DNA of 64,000 nt from Owenia fusiformis (taxonomy: Eukaryota). The notes beneath the pieces are model-generated. The model was not told the DNA's origin, ran no database searches, and saw only the letters and a program-made list of their open reading frames with translations. Position numbers and translations under genes: made by a program. Shown piece after piece: positions 12,024-27,000 of this stretch. Position 1 is the stretch's first letter, and each line of letters starts with the position of its first letter. The stretch covers positions 4,526,001 to 4,590,000 of the forward strand of contig CAIIXF020000001.1 of NCBI GenBank assembly GCA_903813345.2, in the 5' to 3' direction.

Positions 12024-15000
12024 ATGGCCTTTCTGCAAGTGGGTGTTTTGCTGATTTGCTTACATTTTGGTTAATTGTACACGCAATGACATAATGAATT
12101 ACTAATAAATTATAACATTAGATAACTGACATATTATATTATGAGGTGTGCTATGTAATTAGTGAATACTTGTTTTTTTGGGATCGCTGATTCTGATTTC
12201 ATTGCTTCATATTTCTGTCAAAAAATCAGAAAAATCCAAAATCAAAACAAATATTGACAAAGATGAAAAATCAAAACATTAGCCACCGCCAGCATTTTAG
12301 TTAAGAATGGTTACTTGGACTGAGATTGATCTTTGTAGCATATGCGTTATGTTGTATGTGTTTTGTATGTGTACCTTTCATTACAGTGGCGGCGTTTTAA
12401 CTTCTTTGACAAGGAAGTAGTAAAGGATCCGCAAGATGAGCAAGTGTTCAGCAAATTAAAGGTAAAAGTTTGTCTACTATACAAATAACGAATGCCTGTA
12501 GGCTATTGTAGAAAAATGTAGAAGACAACTGATGTTTTAAACCTTTGTACATTTCTGTAAGTGGAACACCTTCCATCTTCATTCACCGTCTCGGCTCCTG
12601 TTGGTCGATGAACGCAGTAAAGACCGAGTGTACAAAGATGAACACCTTCCAAGTGGATTATTTTCAGAGGTTCCAGGGGGGGGGGGGGTTCGCTCGAACT
12701 CATCAAACTTCGAACTCCCTCCTGGCTACGGGCCTGTAAAACATGTACCTCCATTGCCTTCCATGCTAACAGAAATGAACACATCGAAGTAGACGTATCC
12801 ATTTGATTTTTTTCCCAATTACAAATAATATTCTCGGAATAATCTTTCAAAGTATATATATTTTTAGGACATCAATATATCAGCATGTGCATTTGGTCGA
12901 GGACAGATCATTGTTGGAGACTTTGAAGGACAATTATACTTCATCAACAGACAACTGAAATTATCAGGTTTCAAGGCCTATGAGATCAGAGTGTCGCATC
13001 TATTCCAAATGAAACAGCATAGTATTCTTATATCAATCGGGGTAAGATAATTATACTGCAAACATACATAGACTAACAAAATTGTTATCAGGAGGATCAT
13101 ATGATTTAAAATATGTAGTTTAATGACACACATATTGACAGCACAAAGTGTTCTACACAGGATTTTTCTCAAGTGGGTGCAGATCAAAATATGCCATTTT
13201 CTCATGATTTGCTCATTTTCAAGTGGGTGCAAATCTCAGCCGAGTGCTGCGCATATTTGCTTTAATGCTGGGGGGATTTCTGACACATTTAGTAAAGTGT
13301 TAGATTAAATTACATGTTAAACAATGCCATGATTTTATGTGATGTATTTATTCTTTTATTTAGGAAGATGAAGAAGGTGTAAATCCATTGATAAAAGTTT
13401 GGAATTTAGACAAGGTAATTAAAAATCATATTAAAAAGGTGTTATACATCCAAAGGCCTAAAACTGAATTAAAGATAAATTGTTATTTTGTGTTTCATTT
13501 ACTGATTTTATTTCATGCTTAAAAATGCAAAAACAAAAACACATGCATATTATATAGAGTAACATGTAATTGAAAGAAATTTAAGATATATAAGTTCAAT
13601 ATGAGTTACTATCAATGTTAACTATAATCCTTAAATGTCTGTTTAGGTTGATAAAATGGGAAACCCATCTTGCACCAGGATTGCAAGGGCATCACCCAGT
13701 AGCAAAGGATCAAGGGTGAGGACATGTTATGAATTAGAAATTTTGAGAACAACTCCAAATGCAAATGGATAATTTAAACTATATTTACCACAATATATGA
13801 GTGTATGAATAGAGTCATACTATTTGCATCCATATTAGTCAATTTAATTTTTTATCATCATAAAACATCTGTATTTTTTGGGAAAAAATTAAAAAATGAT
13901 GAATTAAACACTTATTGTTCATGAATATATTAACTACTTTCACAGATTTTTGCTATATAGTTTAGTTACACATGTTTTATTACAAGATACGTGATATTAA
14001 TTCATTATCATAAATTATAAAATCATTTTTATCAATTTTTGAAGCTGGCATTTGAACACTATAGTTTCAATGATAATATACATGTATACTAGTACATATA
14101 TGTATACATGCTATGTTTACTCTTTGTAGGTATCTTGCCTTACAGTTCATGAGAACCTGAACAACATGGCTGTTGGCTTTGAAGATGGGAGTGTGGTGTT
14201 GTTTAAAGGGGACGTCACAAGAGACAGGTCAGCTGCTATACTGTTTACTATAATCCTTTTAATCAAGCTACTTAATGTCTCATAAAGCATTAGTAATTTT
14301 CAACTATTTTTTATTATCATCTTTGCAACTTTATAAACCACAGGGAAGGCCAAAATAAGCAAGTGAGCAAAAATGAATTTAAATATTATTTTCATGTACA
14401 TGTAGTCCTTTATTGTTTTTACTTATCTAGGCACAGCAAGATCAAAATCATCCACCAAGACACCTGTCCCATCACTGGTCTGGCCTTCAAGTCTTCTGGA
14501 AAGAATGCAGTCTTGTTCATAGCAACAGGCTTTAAGATTATCAGTATCAATGTGTCTGTGAAGGACAAAGAGGTGAAATCAGAATTAGATGACCATGGCT
14601 GCCCCATTGGCTGCTCTGTAATGAGTGATCAGAGCCAAGACTTCCAGTTTGTCATTGGAAGGCAAGATGTAAGTACATGTATTGAGTGTGTGAGAAAGTT
14701 ATAAAATTGTCAGTGTTCTTGTGAGAAACTTTTCAAAGTGATATGTCGTCGTCATCTTGTGCTGCTGGGCATACAGGAGTGCTGGGGAAGGATGACTACC
14801 ATATAAATCTTGTTATTAAAACTCAAGGAAAAATGCTTACCTGTACAAATTGAAATTTTCACAGATGCAGACTAGTGCCAAGATCTGATTAGGTTTTGAG
14901 CGTGCTTGGTAAATTACTTGGAACCACTTTGAATTTTAAATGTGTGATATTTATAACAATAGTATATGTGTATTGTTTATTTATATAATTTTAGGCTGTG

Positions 15001-18000
15001 TATTTCTATCAGTCTGATGGTAGGGGCCCTTGTCTGGCTTTTGAGGGGGAGAAATTACAACTTCACTGGTTCAGGGGTTACCTAGTAATCGTAGGGAAAG
15101 AAAGTAAAGCAATGAGATCCTCAACCATGTGAGTAGATGTGAACATAATTTAATAAATCCTTAAAGCTTACATATTGAAGAACGAAGAAATAAAGAGCCT
15201 CAATCTGCACCAAAGTCAATTTTTTGGCAGAATTTTTGAGACCATTGTGTAGGTGATATGTTCATTTTGTTCATTATTTGCTTTCAGTGGGAACCAAACC
15301 ATTCAAATGAACATTGTGACTGTGTATGACATCCAAAATAAGTTTATTGCATATTCTGCTCCAATACCTGATGTCATTGATGTCCTCTGTGAATGGGGTT
15401 CTCTCTTTGTACTAGCAGGGGACAGAAAGGTATGTCAGTCATGTATACTGGATTTCAAATGTTGAACATGTCTAAATTCAGAAATTCAGAATAATGCTTC
15501 CATCAAATTTAATAAGAAAAGTTTTAAGAATATAATTTAACATGGTGTCTTTTAGTCTTTGTATGTACAGTCATGTATTATTATGAAGTTAATGCTTGTA
15601 TTACAAGCCAACTCTTACATTTGCTAAAAAAATAAATTTCAGCTTTATTGCATTAATTTGAAATTATTTACTTTGTAGTTGTACCACTTACAAGAAAAAG
15701 ACACACAGACAAAACTGGAAATGCTGTTCAAGAAAAATCTTTATGTACTTGCAATTAAGTATGTTTTATTCTTATTGATTATATTGTATAAATTCAATCT
15801 GTGAAACTACATTAAGACATAACAATTACTATTTGTAAAGAACGTTTTTTATTCCATTTTACTGACCCTGATGTCCTAATTCTGATGTCAACACAGGTTT
15901 TCTCTTGAAAGATATTACCATAACTTCCTCATCAGGATGTGAAATGAGCAACATTCGAAGAACACTAAAATACTTAAAAGAAAAAATGATATCAACCTTA
16001 TTACCTGTATCAAGCTCTGAAACTGCATAATCTCTGTTTTTAAATATTGCAGCCTAGCCAAGGGTCACTCATATGATGAGGATGGCTTGATTGAGATATT
16101 TCGTCAATATGGCGACCATCTTTACAGCAAAGGGGATCATGATGGTGCAATACAGCAGTATGTGAAAACTATAGGAAAACTTGAGGCATCATATGTTATC
16201 AGAAAAGTAAGCATTAACATGTAATTTCAGAGAATAATTTTAGAGAAAGGGCAAACATTTTGAAAGTATATGATATAAATGTTGTGCTGTACCACAAGAA
16301 TTGAATTGTTATTTTGTATTTTTTAATGTACGGTGATAATCACATGATAATACATGTAGGTATTAGTTTCTGTGAACAGATGTCTATTACACTTTTCATG
16401 TCACCACCAAAAGTGGTGACATATTGTTATTTCTATTTGTTTCAGTCTTAAGATGTGCAGATGGCCTAAAAATCTACCTCATGCTTACAGACGTTTTATA
16501 TTTTCTTGATTCTCATTCACAATACTATGCGTACAACAATCTCATTTGTTTCAGTTTCTAGATACCCAAAGGATCCACACTATATAAATAGTTTCTAGAT
16601 ACTCACTTTATCATGCACAGCATTCTTATTTGTTTCAGTTTCTAGATGCCCAGAGAATCCACAATCTGACTTCCTACCTACAAGCACTACATAAAGCACA
16701 ACTAGCTACAGAAGATCATACAACATTGCTGCTCAATTGCTACACAAAACTAAAAGATGTTTCCAAACTCGATGAGTTCATTATGGTAATGCATATAGTT
16801 TCTGCATCCTAATCATAGCATGTGTTTGCACATCTAACCTTAAATGAGTTTTATTTTGAGAATAATACATGTAGCAACTCATTTATGGCTCACACAGTGA
16901 GCCTATGGGATCATCCAGGCGTCCGTCCGTTGGTCCATCTGTTGATCCGTCCATTGGTCCGTCCGTCCGTCAACATTGGCCGCACAAATTAAAACTGCTA
17001 TTCGGATTGAGTCATATCCACATTCATTTTATGCATATCCATAATGCCTATTTGACCTATCATCGGCCATCGCCATTTCCCAAGTCAAATTTTCTGTAAA
17101 TACTAGACACTTTGTTGAAGTAGAACTTTCAAATAACTTGTAGTAGTTGCTGTATATGCAACTTATGTTCTCTGAAGATTTCAAAGCTCTTGGAATTACA
17201 GTTTTTGGTGTTTACTCTATATTTGACAAAAAGTAGGACTTACTCATTTTCAGGAAACTCTCTCATGTATAAAGTCAATGGCAGGTTTTGTGATTGACAA
17301 GTTTCTTAAAGTTTGCCTTATACTTGTTCATTTCTTGCAATGAATAACATCATTACTAGATTTAAGCATTCCCTACATATTGCTCAGTATATGTCAGCAT
17401 CAAATTTTTACTGTTTTTGAGATATTTGACATCAAAAAACAGTAAAAATAAGTTATTTTTCAACTTGCTTCAATTTAACCAATTTTTTTTGAAAATCATC
17501 TACAAGTTGCCAGGAGTTCAAATCTGACATTAGTTTTAGGATTTGACCTTTACTTAACCTTCAGTGACCTTCGAAAGGTCAAATAAGTTGATTTTTCAAA
17601 TTGACTTTTGGATGTAAATTTTGGTCAGCTTAATCACAAAAGACCGTACTGAGCTCTGAATAAGTAAACTTTTTAAGGTCAAAGCCCATCAAACTAGGTC
17701 ACACAACTGTGCTATCTAAGTTTCTCAAAGTTCCAGACTACAAATCCAAATCAATGTTTTTGTTTGAAAGTTAGGATATACATTCCTCTGAAGGTTCCAC
17801 ACTGTGTGAGCACAGGACCGTGGCTCCTTTATTATTGATGGTCAGCATTTTTTGTACTGGGAATGTAAAAATGTTACACCTGATTGAAAGTACATCTGTT
17901 CCATGTACATTATGTAGATTGATTAATTTTATCATGTAGCAAAATTATTTGAGATTCTTGAGAACATCTACCAATATCAAAAAGGTTTTTTTCACTCCCA

Positions 18001-21000
18001 AAGGTCTACATTGTACATGAGTAGTTGTACTTACATGTATTTCAGACTAAAGATCGGGAGGTTGACTTTGATGTTGAGACTGCCATCAAAGTGTGTAGGC
18101 AGGCTGGGTACTACAAACATGCTTTGTTCCTGGCTAAGAAGCACTCCCAGCATGACTGGTATTTGAAGATACAACTGGAGGACCACAAGGACTACCAGGA
18201 GGCATTGGAGTATATTGGAAAACTAGAGTTTGAGGCAGTGAGTTATAATATATTTGATGGTTGTCATATCACACTGTAAATGTAATAGTCTATGATGAAT
18301 TAATTGTGATGGTAATTACTATGAGTATGATTGCATTATACAAAATATAGCTGCAGAATGTAAGGGAAAAATGGATTTAAATCTTGAGATGCAAAAATTG
18401 TCTTGTCATGAAATGTTTTTGGTTGTTGCAGAACATCTGTCTGAGAGTCCAAGTTGTACTGAACCTAGTATATAATAACTCCATTGGAGATCATTATGTT
18501 CTTGAATCTAGTATTGTTATAGATTTATATTTCAAAACCATCATTCATTCCCTCTACTCTACAATGGTACATTTTTAGACAGAGAATAATGTGAAGAAAT
18601 ATGGTAAGATCCTGGTGTCTGAAGTACCTCAACAGACTACTGATCTTCTCAAACGACTTTGCACAGACTACAAGCCCAGTGATAGTAAGTGAACTAGATG
18701 TTTGTATTATTCAGATAGAATAGGAGACACTGTATATGGCCCATGTTCTGTGTAGACACTTTGCATGGAATTGCTTTTTTAAAATTTGAATTTAAGAAAT
18801 TGACTCTAAGCTTAAATTATTGCTCCTCTATGCATAGCAAAATAGTTTATATTTATTGTTTGTTATTGTACACTTATATGAATAGCACTCATACAGCAGT
18901 TGTACTCCAGCTATTTTCTAAGGGGAAAGTATACTTTTTGGGGTTGGATTTTGACCAAAATGTGTTCTGTCATCAGTTTTGGGCATTTAATTTGGAATAT
19001 GGCAAAAACAAATATTTTTTGGTAGATTTATCCTCAATTTTTGTTGAGAAAATATAACATGTGATGTGAAACCATGATTTTCATAGTCTAGCTACAAGTC
19101 CTTATGAGCCCCCCCCCCCTCCCCACTGCACACCTTCCAACATGTGTTGCGTTGGTGAAGTAGATGAGGGGGTCCACTACAATTTTTATTAAAAGAACAG
19201 TTGAAATTAAAATCGAATAGTCCAATCCTGCCCCCTGTGCCTAAGTAGATGTTATAGGAATCTATGTCATGAGCTTACAAGGTACTTGGTTACATTTTCA
19301 TAAATAACTTTATCACTACTTTATTACTTTTGACATTTTTTAGTTCCCATTGTGCATTATTTTATAAGCTCAGGCTCCAGGCCCAGTCTTAAATAAAATT
19401 TTTACTCTGTTTTTACATGCTCCTGCTTTATTGGGTGTTTGTTTATTGCATTGCGGGTCATAAACATTGAAAGTACATACCTGTTAACATGTATATGTTA
19501 TTATGTCACCACCACAATTGGTGACATATTGTTATTGTCTCCAACTTTTTTGTGTTCAACAGTTGGTGTCTGGCAGTCAGTGTGTGGTGTGTCTGTAACA
19601 AATGGCATGTGATCACATTTTGCATGTTAATGCCTTATACGGGGGTATATACATTGTATTCCAAAAATGATAGCTAGTCATTTGTGAAGTTAATTGGATA
19701 TTAACCAGCAAACTAGTTCTTTTTAAGTGTTTATGTCTCATCTTTGATTGTATGTTTGTGCATACATTGTATGTTTACTGAATGTGTTGTCTAACTTTTC
19801 TCTTTGCTTGTTGTTCTTCAGAACCTTTGGTGGATGCTAGAACATTAGAAGGTACATATATTTCCCTACTATGTACTTAAATTATTCTCTACATGTTGTA
19901 TTAGCTATAAGGTGTGGTTTTTAAGCTCTCACAGGAGGTATTTTATTGCCCTGTTTTATTGATATCAAATTATTTGATGAGTAACTTATCCTTATGTTTT
20001 CAGTCATATGAAAAAATATTGTTTTCATAATGGCCCCAGTTTTAACCTCAGGATTCAACATTTTCCAGTCTCATGAAAAATGATAACAATAAAACCTATG
20101 TGAGCTAAATAGCTATATGCTACTATCAATTTACATATGGTGTTGCATGCATGTTAAAACATAGCAATCATTCAAAAGTCTACCATACTTTTGTACTTCA
20201 ATGCATTTTTTATATAGTGATAATTTTTTGAACTTGCCTGAAATCACTTATTAATTTCTAAACTGTATATGCTTTTTAAGTCCCTTCAATGCATAATAGA
20301 TAGCAATTTATCTCCTGTTCCCCATTCATAACTGAAGTATTTTTTGTTTCCCCATTTGATATGTTCATATTACATTTTTTCAATGATTTTATGTCATTTA
20401 TAATCAATCTAATGTTGTTATTGCTTTGCCTTTTTCATTATTCATTTCTTATATACTGGTACATCTTTCTTATCTCTGTATGCAATTTGATATCCATGCA
20501 TGTGATAAATAATCTATTTTATTTATTTTTTGCATTGTATGTTCATGTATTGATGTAGTCAGGTTTCCTAAGACAAGGGAGTTGTTTAGCCCAATTTCGT
20601 GTTAGGGATGGGGCTTGGATTTTCTAATCTATCCATATTTTGTACTTTAACATCTGTACTGTTTGATTTTTTTAGGAGAAATTCCCAAAATATTAAAAGC
20701 CAATGCTGAGGAATTTATTCACATTTTTGTCAACAATTCGAAGAAATTGACAGAGTTTCTTGAGCATATGGTTAGGGTAGGTCATTTCCAATACATTCAG
20801 TCAACATACACGTATTTTCTGGATATTATTTTAAAGATGTGTCTTTTTTTTTAGTTATCATTTTGAAATTTAATTTTGAGATTCATTTTCCAAACATTCA
20901 TGACATAGTCAGAAACTTTAAAATTTGCAATTTCAAAAATTCAAAATCATGTACACTCATGTATGTATAGGACTTCCCTTTCTATCTTTTAGCTGCAACC

Positions 21001-24000
21001 AGGTTCTAACAGCCTTGTTTACAACACTCTGTTGGAGTTATATCTGCATGATTATGTACATGAACAGAATAAAACAGTAAGTTGATTGAGGTTGCCTCCT
21101 TTGTTTTACTACTAAATTCTGCACATAATCGCTTTCATTTTAATGCAATACAGCAGTGCAAAGTATAGGATTTAATATTGTAGAAGTCTAAAGTATACAG
21201 CATAACTATTGACAAATAATTTTTTATTTTATACTATACTATAGTATAAATGTATTGACTGCTGTCCTCTCATCAAGTTTTTATTTGTGAATATAATAAT
21301 TGAATCAACACATGTACATGTATATGGACTTTACTGTTTTTAGTACTGTTTTATGGTGACTCTGAACTTATTCTTATTTCTAGGTCCAGGAATCAAAGGG
21401 AAAGATAACATTAGACTTGCTTCAAAATCAAGATGTAAGTTCATCTTTTCAATGTAGTTGAGGAATATAGTTGCATTTCTGAATTGAACCATATAAAATC
21501 AACGAAGCTTAAAAGTTTAAAGATCCAAGTTAAAACTACACGTCCCTCAAATCTAAGCCATTGCATTTGCATTGAGTTTGGTATGTTATATATACTGTAC
21601 TTTTATATAATACAATGAATGATTCCAGGCTGGCTATGATATTGACCAGGCCTTAGTGCTGTGCCAGATGAATGACTTTAAACCTGGCATTCTTTACCTC
21701 TATGAGAAGGCTAAACTGTAAGTTGTGAGTGAATAGCAAGTACACATCCTTCTCATACATCTATTATATCACTATGTTAGGCCGTTTATTAGGTTCTATA
21801 AGTCAGTTACCCTTTCAGAAAAACATAATTTAATAATTAACAAAATATTTTGATCCTTCCTGTACCATGTATTCTACCATAATATGTAAATATCCACATA
21901 TGAGTTTGAAAAATATTACCTCTCATATTTTATTGCAAAAAGTAATCTAAAATTGACTTGATGTAAGATTATAAATGTCCAGCCACTGGTCCTTGGAAGT
22001 GATTAATTGTGCACACAGCATTGTCCGTAGGGAGTTATCTTCTCTCTGATGTATGCCTTATCAGTACATTCATACGCTTAGGATGTTCCACGGATCCTGC
22101 AATATGTCAAATTAAAAATACTATATGAGATTGTTGTTTGTGATATCCTTTCTTTATTTTTCTTTATTTTCTTATTTATCTGCAGGTTTAAGATATTTAA
22201 CTAATAAAATGTATGAACATAGAGATTATCATATATGAGGTTCCGGATATTGGAATTATCCTGAGGACCTACAGCCCTCGGGCAGATATATTATATTGGC
22301 CAAGGTCTGTTTATCCCATACCAATTGTACAGTAATTATGCGAACGTTACAAAAATGAACAAATATGCGAACGGCAATTATGACGTAGCGGGCAGATTAA
22401 AAGTGATCTTGTCTTTCAAGTGATCTGGTCTCACTTTTCTAAATTCTGTATCTTCTTTTAAGTATTACACTAGCCTGTTATTTTCTACATGCTCTTCTAA
22501 CATATTGTCTATACAGTGCATACAATTTGAAGAGTGTGAACTGTGAAATCCATTTTATCTCATTCCAGAGATCTATGACATCCTAATCGCATCACAAATG
22601 ACCTAAAAATGGTGGTCATTAGGACTTTGAAATTTTTCATTTTCATGATATTCCTGCTCATTTACTTTAACAATGGTTGTCTAAGGACCCCCTCTGTGAC
22701 TGTTACTGATTTTTTCATATACTCATTTTTCCAAAAATTAAAGATAAGTTCATACTTGATCTGTTCGGCATGCATATTGGACAGCATTTCCCTTTGGGAA
22801 TGTACAAGCGTCCATTACAATGGACATAAAGAGGACAGTTACTAATATGGCATTTTCGGCTCCGCTTATGTTGCACTGTAATTCCTGCAATATGATACAA
22901 ATATTTCATTCTGTTGAGATGAATTCTTTGTACAGTATAGCCCTACATGTAGGTATTCCCTTACATCTAAGAATGGCAAGGGAGTATCGCCTCATCTAGC
23001 TTCATTAACCATGTGACCCTGTTTTGACCAATCACACAATTACAAGATGATATTGATATACCGAATGTCAGATCATTTTGAGTGATATCAATTTTATTAT
23101 ACAAGTTAATATCAAATACATGTACCAACAAGAGTGAGCATAGCGAATGAATGTTAATATTTGATATCTACTATGTGATTAAATAATATCAGAAGAAATT
23201 ATTGGATATTGGGTTCATCCCATGATTACAATCAAAATTCAAATAGATATTTGCTTGTTTTACCTTCAAGCCCTGCAAGTGTTTTTGTTCTTTTTATAAG
23301 GCAGCCATTATAGTGTTTTGAATCTACCACCCAAAATTTGTTAGTTAATCTCATGATATCAAATGAACAAAAAATTATTCATGCATATTATTTTGCATTT
23401 TTCTGTGTCCCACCTTTTGATCAGACTAACCTTGGCATTCCATTAGGCAAAACACAATGCAAATTGCACCAATGAAGATCCTCATTGTACAGCTTCAATT
23501 AAGTTGAGTTGTGCCGTTTTGCGTTAACTTTCTCCTACAGGTATAACGTTGTTCTGAGTCAAAGTCAAAAATGAAATGCATCTGATTAATAAACCTTCTT
23601 TTATATTCCTCTACAAAGCTCTGAATTCTGTTGTATCGTGAATAAACATAATATTACTATTGTTCAGGTATTGTCTGTGACATTAGATAATTTCACTGTG
23701 TCATAGTTTTACTTGTATAACCCATCAAATAAGATATAGATAATGTTCCTGTCCATTTGTTTGCATTTATTTTATCCCCTCTGTAACTTATCTATTTATA
23801 TCCAAAAATTAACTCAAATATGGCCAGTCCAATATTCTGCCAAACTTTATTTGATTTGATTTTACAGCAAAGCTCTGATCAAGATGAATTTTCAAAAATC
23901 TTTTTTAAAAACTATTATGATTGTATGTTTTCTATGAGATTATATACACACTAGCATTGTCATCATTAAGTTGTGTAGTACTTTGGAAAGCTCATGTCAT

Positions 24001-27000
24001 GATTATTAGACTCCAGATGTTAGACTCCAGATGAAATCTGGAGTCTATTGTTTTCGTCAGTTTTCTTATTCTTATTCTTATTATTCTTTTTCTAAACCAG
24101 TTTTCTCAATAACCATACGGTCTTCAGTAAAGTCAATCATTTGGTCAATTTAGGTCCAGTATCTAGTTCCTCGCAAATTGGGTCAAATTTTTATATAGGT
24201 CAAAGGTCAAGAACTAGGTCAAATCCAGTACTTTGTCACTTTTTTCGATTTACTCGGTCGTCCTTCAATATTTTCGATCCGGGCTTTTTTCATTGTGTTC
24301 CTCATAAAAAAGTAGGAAATTTAGGGTGATTTAGTTTTTTGATATCTCAAACCGATTTCGAGATATCAGTGTCTGAAAACGAGGTCCAAAAAAAGCTCTC
24401 CGAATTAAATGTCTAGGATATCAGTCTTATAGGATATTTTCTCAGAATTCCGAATCTGAAAACCAAATTCGAATCAGACTTCCGGTTCGGAAGTTATGGC
24501 GTTTTGAAAGCTCAAAAATCGCTAAAGGACGATTCTCGGCTTGGAGAACAAAGTTCATCAATCTAAATGAGCATTATCCCTGCTTCGGACAAATTTGATT
24601 TTTTTACATAATATAGATTTGAATGTCTTCTTTTGAATAGTCATAATTTAATTTGGGTGATATTTCTAGATATTTTGCAAAAAAATATAAGCGCGGTACA
24701 CTGATGAACTTCTTTTCCAAAATCGAGACTTGTAATTTATTGAATCGGTCTAATTGAGCGTTATCCCTGCTTCAGACCAATTTGTTATTTTTACATCTTG
24801 TAGATTTAAATGTCCTCTTTTGAATATTCATAGTTTAATTTGGGTAATATTTCTATATTTTTCATGAAAAAAATTATTAGCCCAGGAGACTGTTCTCCAA
24901 ACCGAGAATCGTCCTTTGGTGCCCATGTTAAGTCAATGGGAAAAAAGATTTATTTGAAGTGAAAAATACGAAATATAGACTGCGTTCAGCTAAATATAAT
25001 GAAAGCTTTTAAAAGAATGGGACCTCAAAAGCCATCTAGCTTCAAAATTTGGACACCAAAATGCCTAGGTCAAAATCTAGGTCAAATTCAATGTTTTTCC
25101 TTATTTTTGCTATTCTGACACTACAGATTAATTATATTCTTCGAAATTTTGTATACATGTAGCCAAGAGTGCGCTTATAGTGTTAGCCTTTTGCCGTCAG
25201 AAAGTATTTTGCCCCATTTTTGAGATACGGTGTCCGAAAAGTAGGTCAAAATAAAAAATTCTCCAAATTTAACGTATGAGTTATGAATTAGGGGTAGAAT
25301 TTTGTCAGGAATCCGAATCTGCAAATCAAATTTCCATCTGACTATATTTTATATTCTATCCTATCCTTCCTTCCTTTTTAATCCATCCATCCATCCATCC
25401 ATCCATCCATCCATCTTTTGCTGGATGACTTAGCTTATTTTGGATGACTTGGCTTATTCTGGATGACTCGGCTAAAAAAAGTCTAGATCTGGAGTCTGAA
25501 ATTGAACTTGTTCAATTTCCAAAATCTAGTTATTATTTACTAGCATGACTTTGATATATGAAAACATACTAAACGAAGACATAAACTTTAATTGAATATG
25601 ATGAAATGCTGAGTATGCATGACATTGGCTTATAATTCAAGCTACAGTGATATTCAATTAAAGGATATCATGTCAAGTAAATGAAAAAACTTCAAACAAG
25701 GCAATTTATTTCAACAGGATATTTTATATGAGGATTATTATCCCACTGATCATAGTTCGGATATACAGTATATAGAAAAGCCCTCCATCCGTCCATCCAT
25801 TTGTGTGTCCGTCCGAAAAGCCCTCCATCCGTCCATCCATTTGTGTGTCCGTCCGAAAAGCCTTCCATCCGTCCATCCATTTGTGTGTCCGTCCATCAGT
25901 CTGCTCAATAACTTTAATGCCATTTCACAGATTTGGTTCAAATTCTATATGCTGATGCTTTATGGCCAAATGACTTGCTTGAGAAGGGATTTTGAATATG
26001 GTGGCTTAAATCGAAATGATACTATATCCATGGTTGTGTATAATTTCAGTTATCAACAGATCCTGAGGTACCATATGGAACACAATGAGTACACACACAT
26101 CATAGAGTCTTGCAAACGCTTTGGGTAAGTGAAGTTGTATTTAAAAATGATCTCTCTATCAGTGCTCTCTATTATTGTAGCAACTAGTTTATGCACAAAC
26201 TTGAATTCATGTACAATAAAACAAAATATAACAAAAAATTAACTGATCCCAAGCTACAGTAGCAGTGTGCCCTTAAGACAGACATACAGTGAAACCTGTA
26301 GATCTGAACACATCTCTTTGTGAACACTTTTTTCTTGGTCCCAAATTTTGTATCTCTCATTGACCCACAAATTTAAAAAGCTTGTTTTTAAAAATGTGAA
26401 CACCTACTAATCTGCACACTTTTGGCTAGCTCCAGTGTTGTTTGGATTAGACAGGTTTTACTGTACATAAAACTACCTTGCAATAAACTGAAAATCGGTT
26501 TGCCCCTGTCTTTTGACAATTTCAATGTGCATAAATAATTTGGATATTTTATGCCAAAATACATGACTCATGAATCATGACTCACTTTAAAGGATCGTGT
26601 TTATATAACTAACTAACTAACTAACTAACCAACCAACCAACCAACCAACCAACCAACCAACCAACCAACCAACCAACCAACCAACCAACCAACCAACCAA
26701 CCAACCAACCAACCAACCAACCAACCAACCAACCAACCAACCAACCAACCAACCAACCAACCAACCAACTAACTAACATACATGTAGTTGATTAATATCT
26801 ATGTCATATATTAGATGGTAATCTGATCCTGGTGTTAAAATGATGGAGTAATTCAATTATAGAGTGTCTGAGATTATATATGTCAGTTTGAATATACAAT
26901 GTATTTTATATTTGTATATTTTTGTTGCAGTACTGCTGATCCTCATCTTTGGGTGCAAGCATTATCTTACTTTGCCCGTAAGCAGGAGAACTGCAAGCCA

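Noticed and set aside
13625-13646. U12-like branch point (TCCTTAAA) in VPS11 intron 4
   Set aside because: The donor is GTAATT (U2 type) and the branch match is imperfect.
25692-25941. ORFs with repeated [15 protein letters not shown] peptides
   Set aside because: Translation of a 40-bp tandem repeat.
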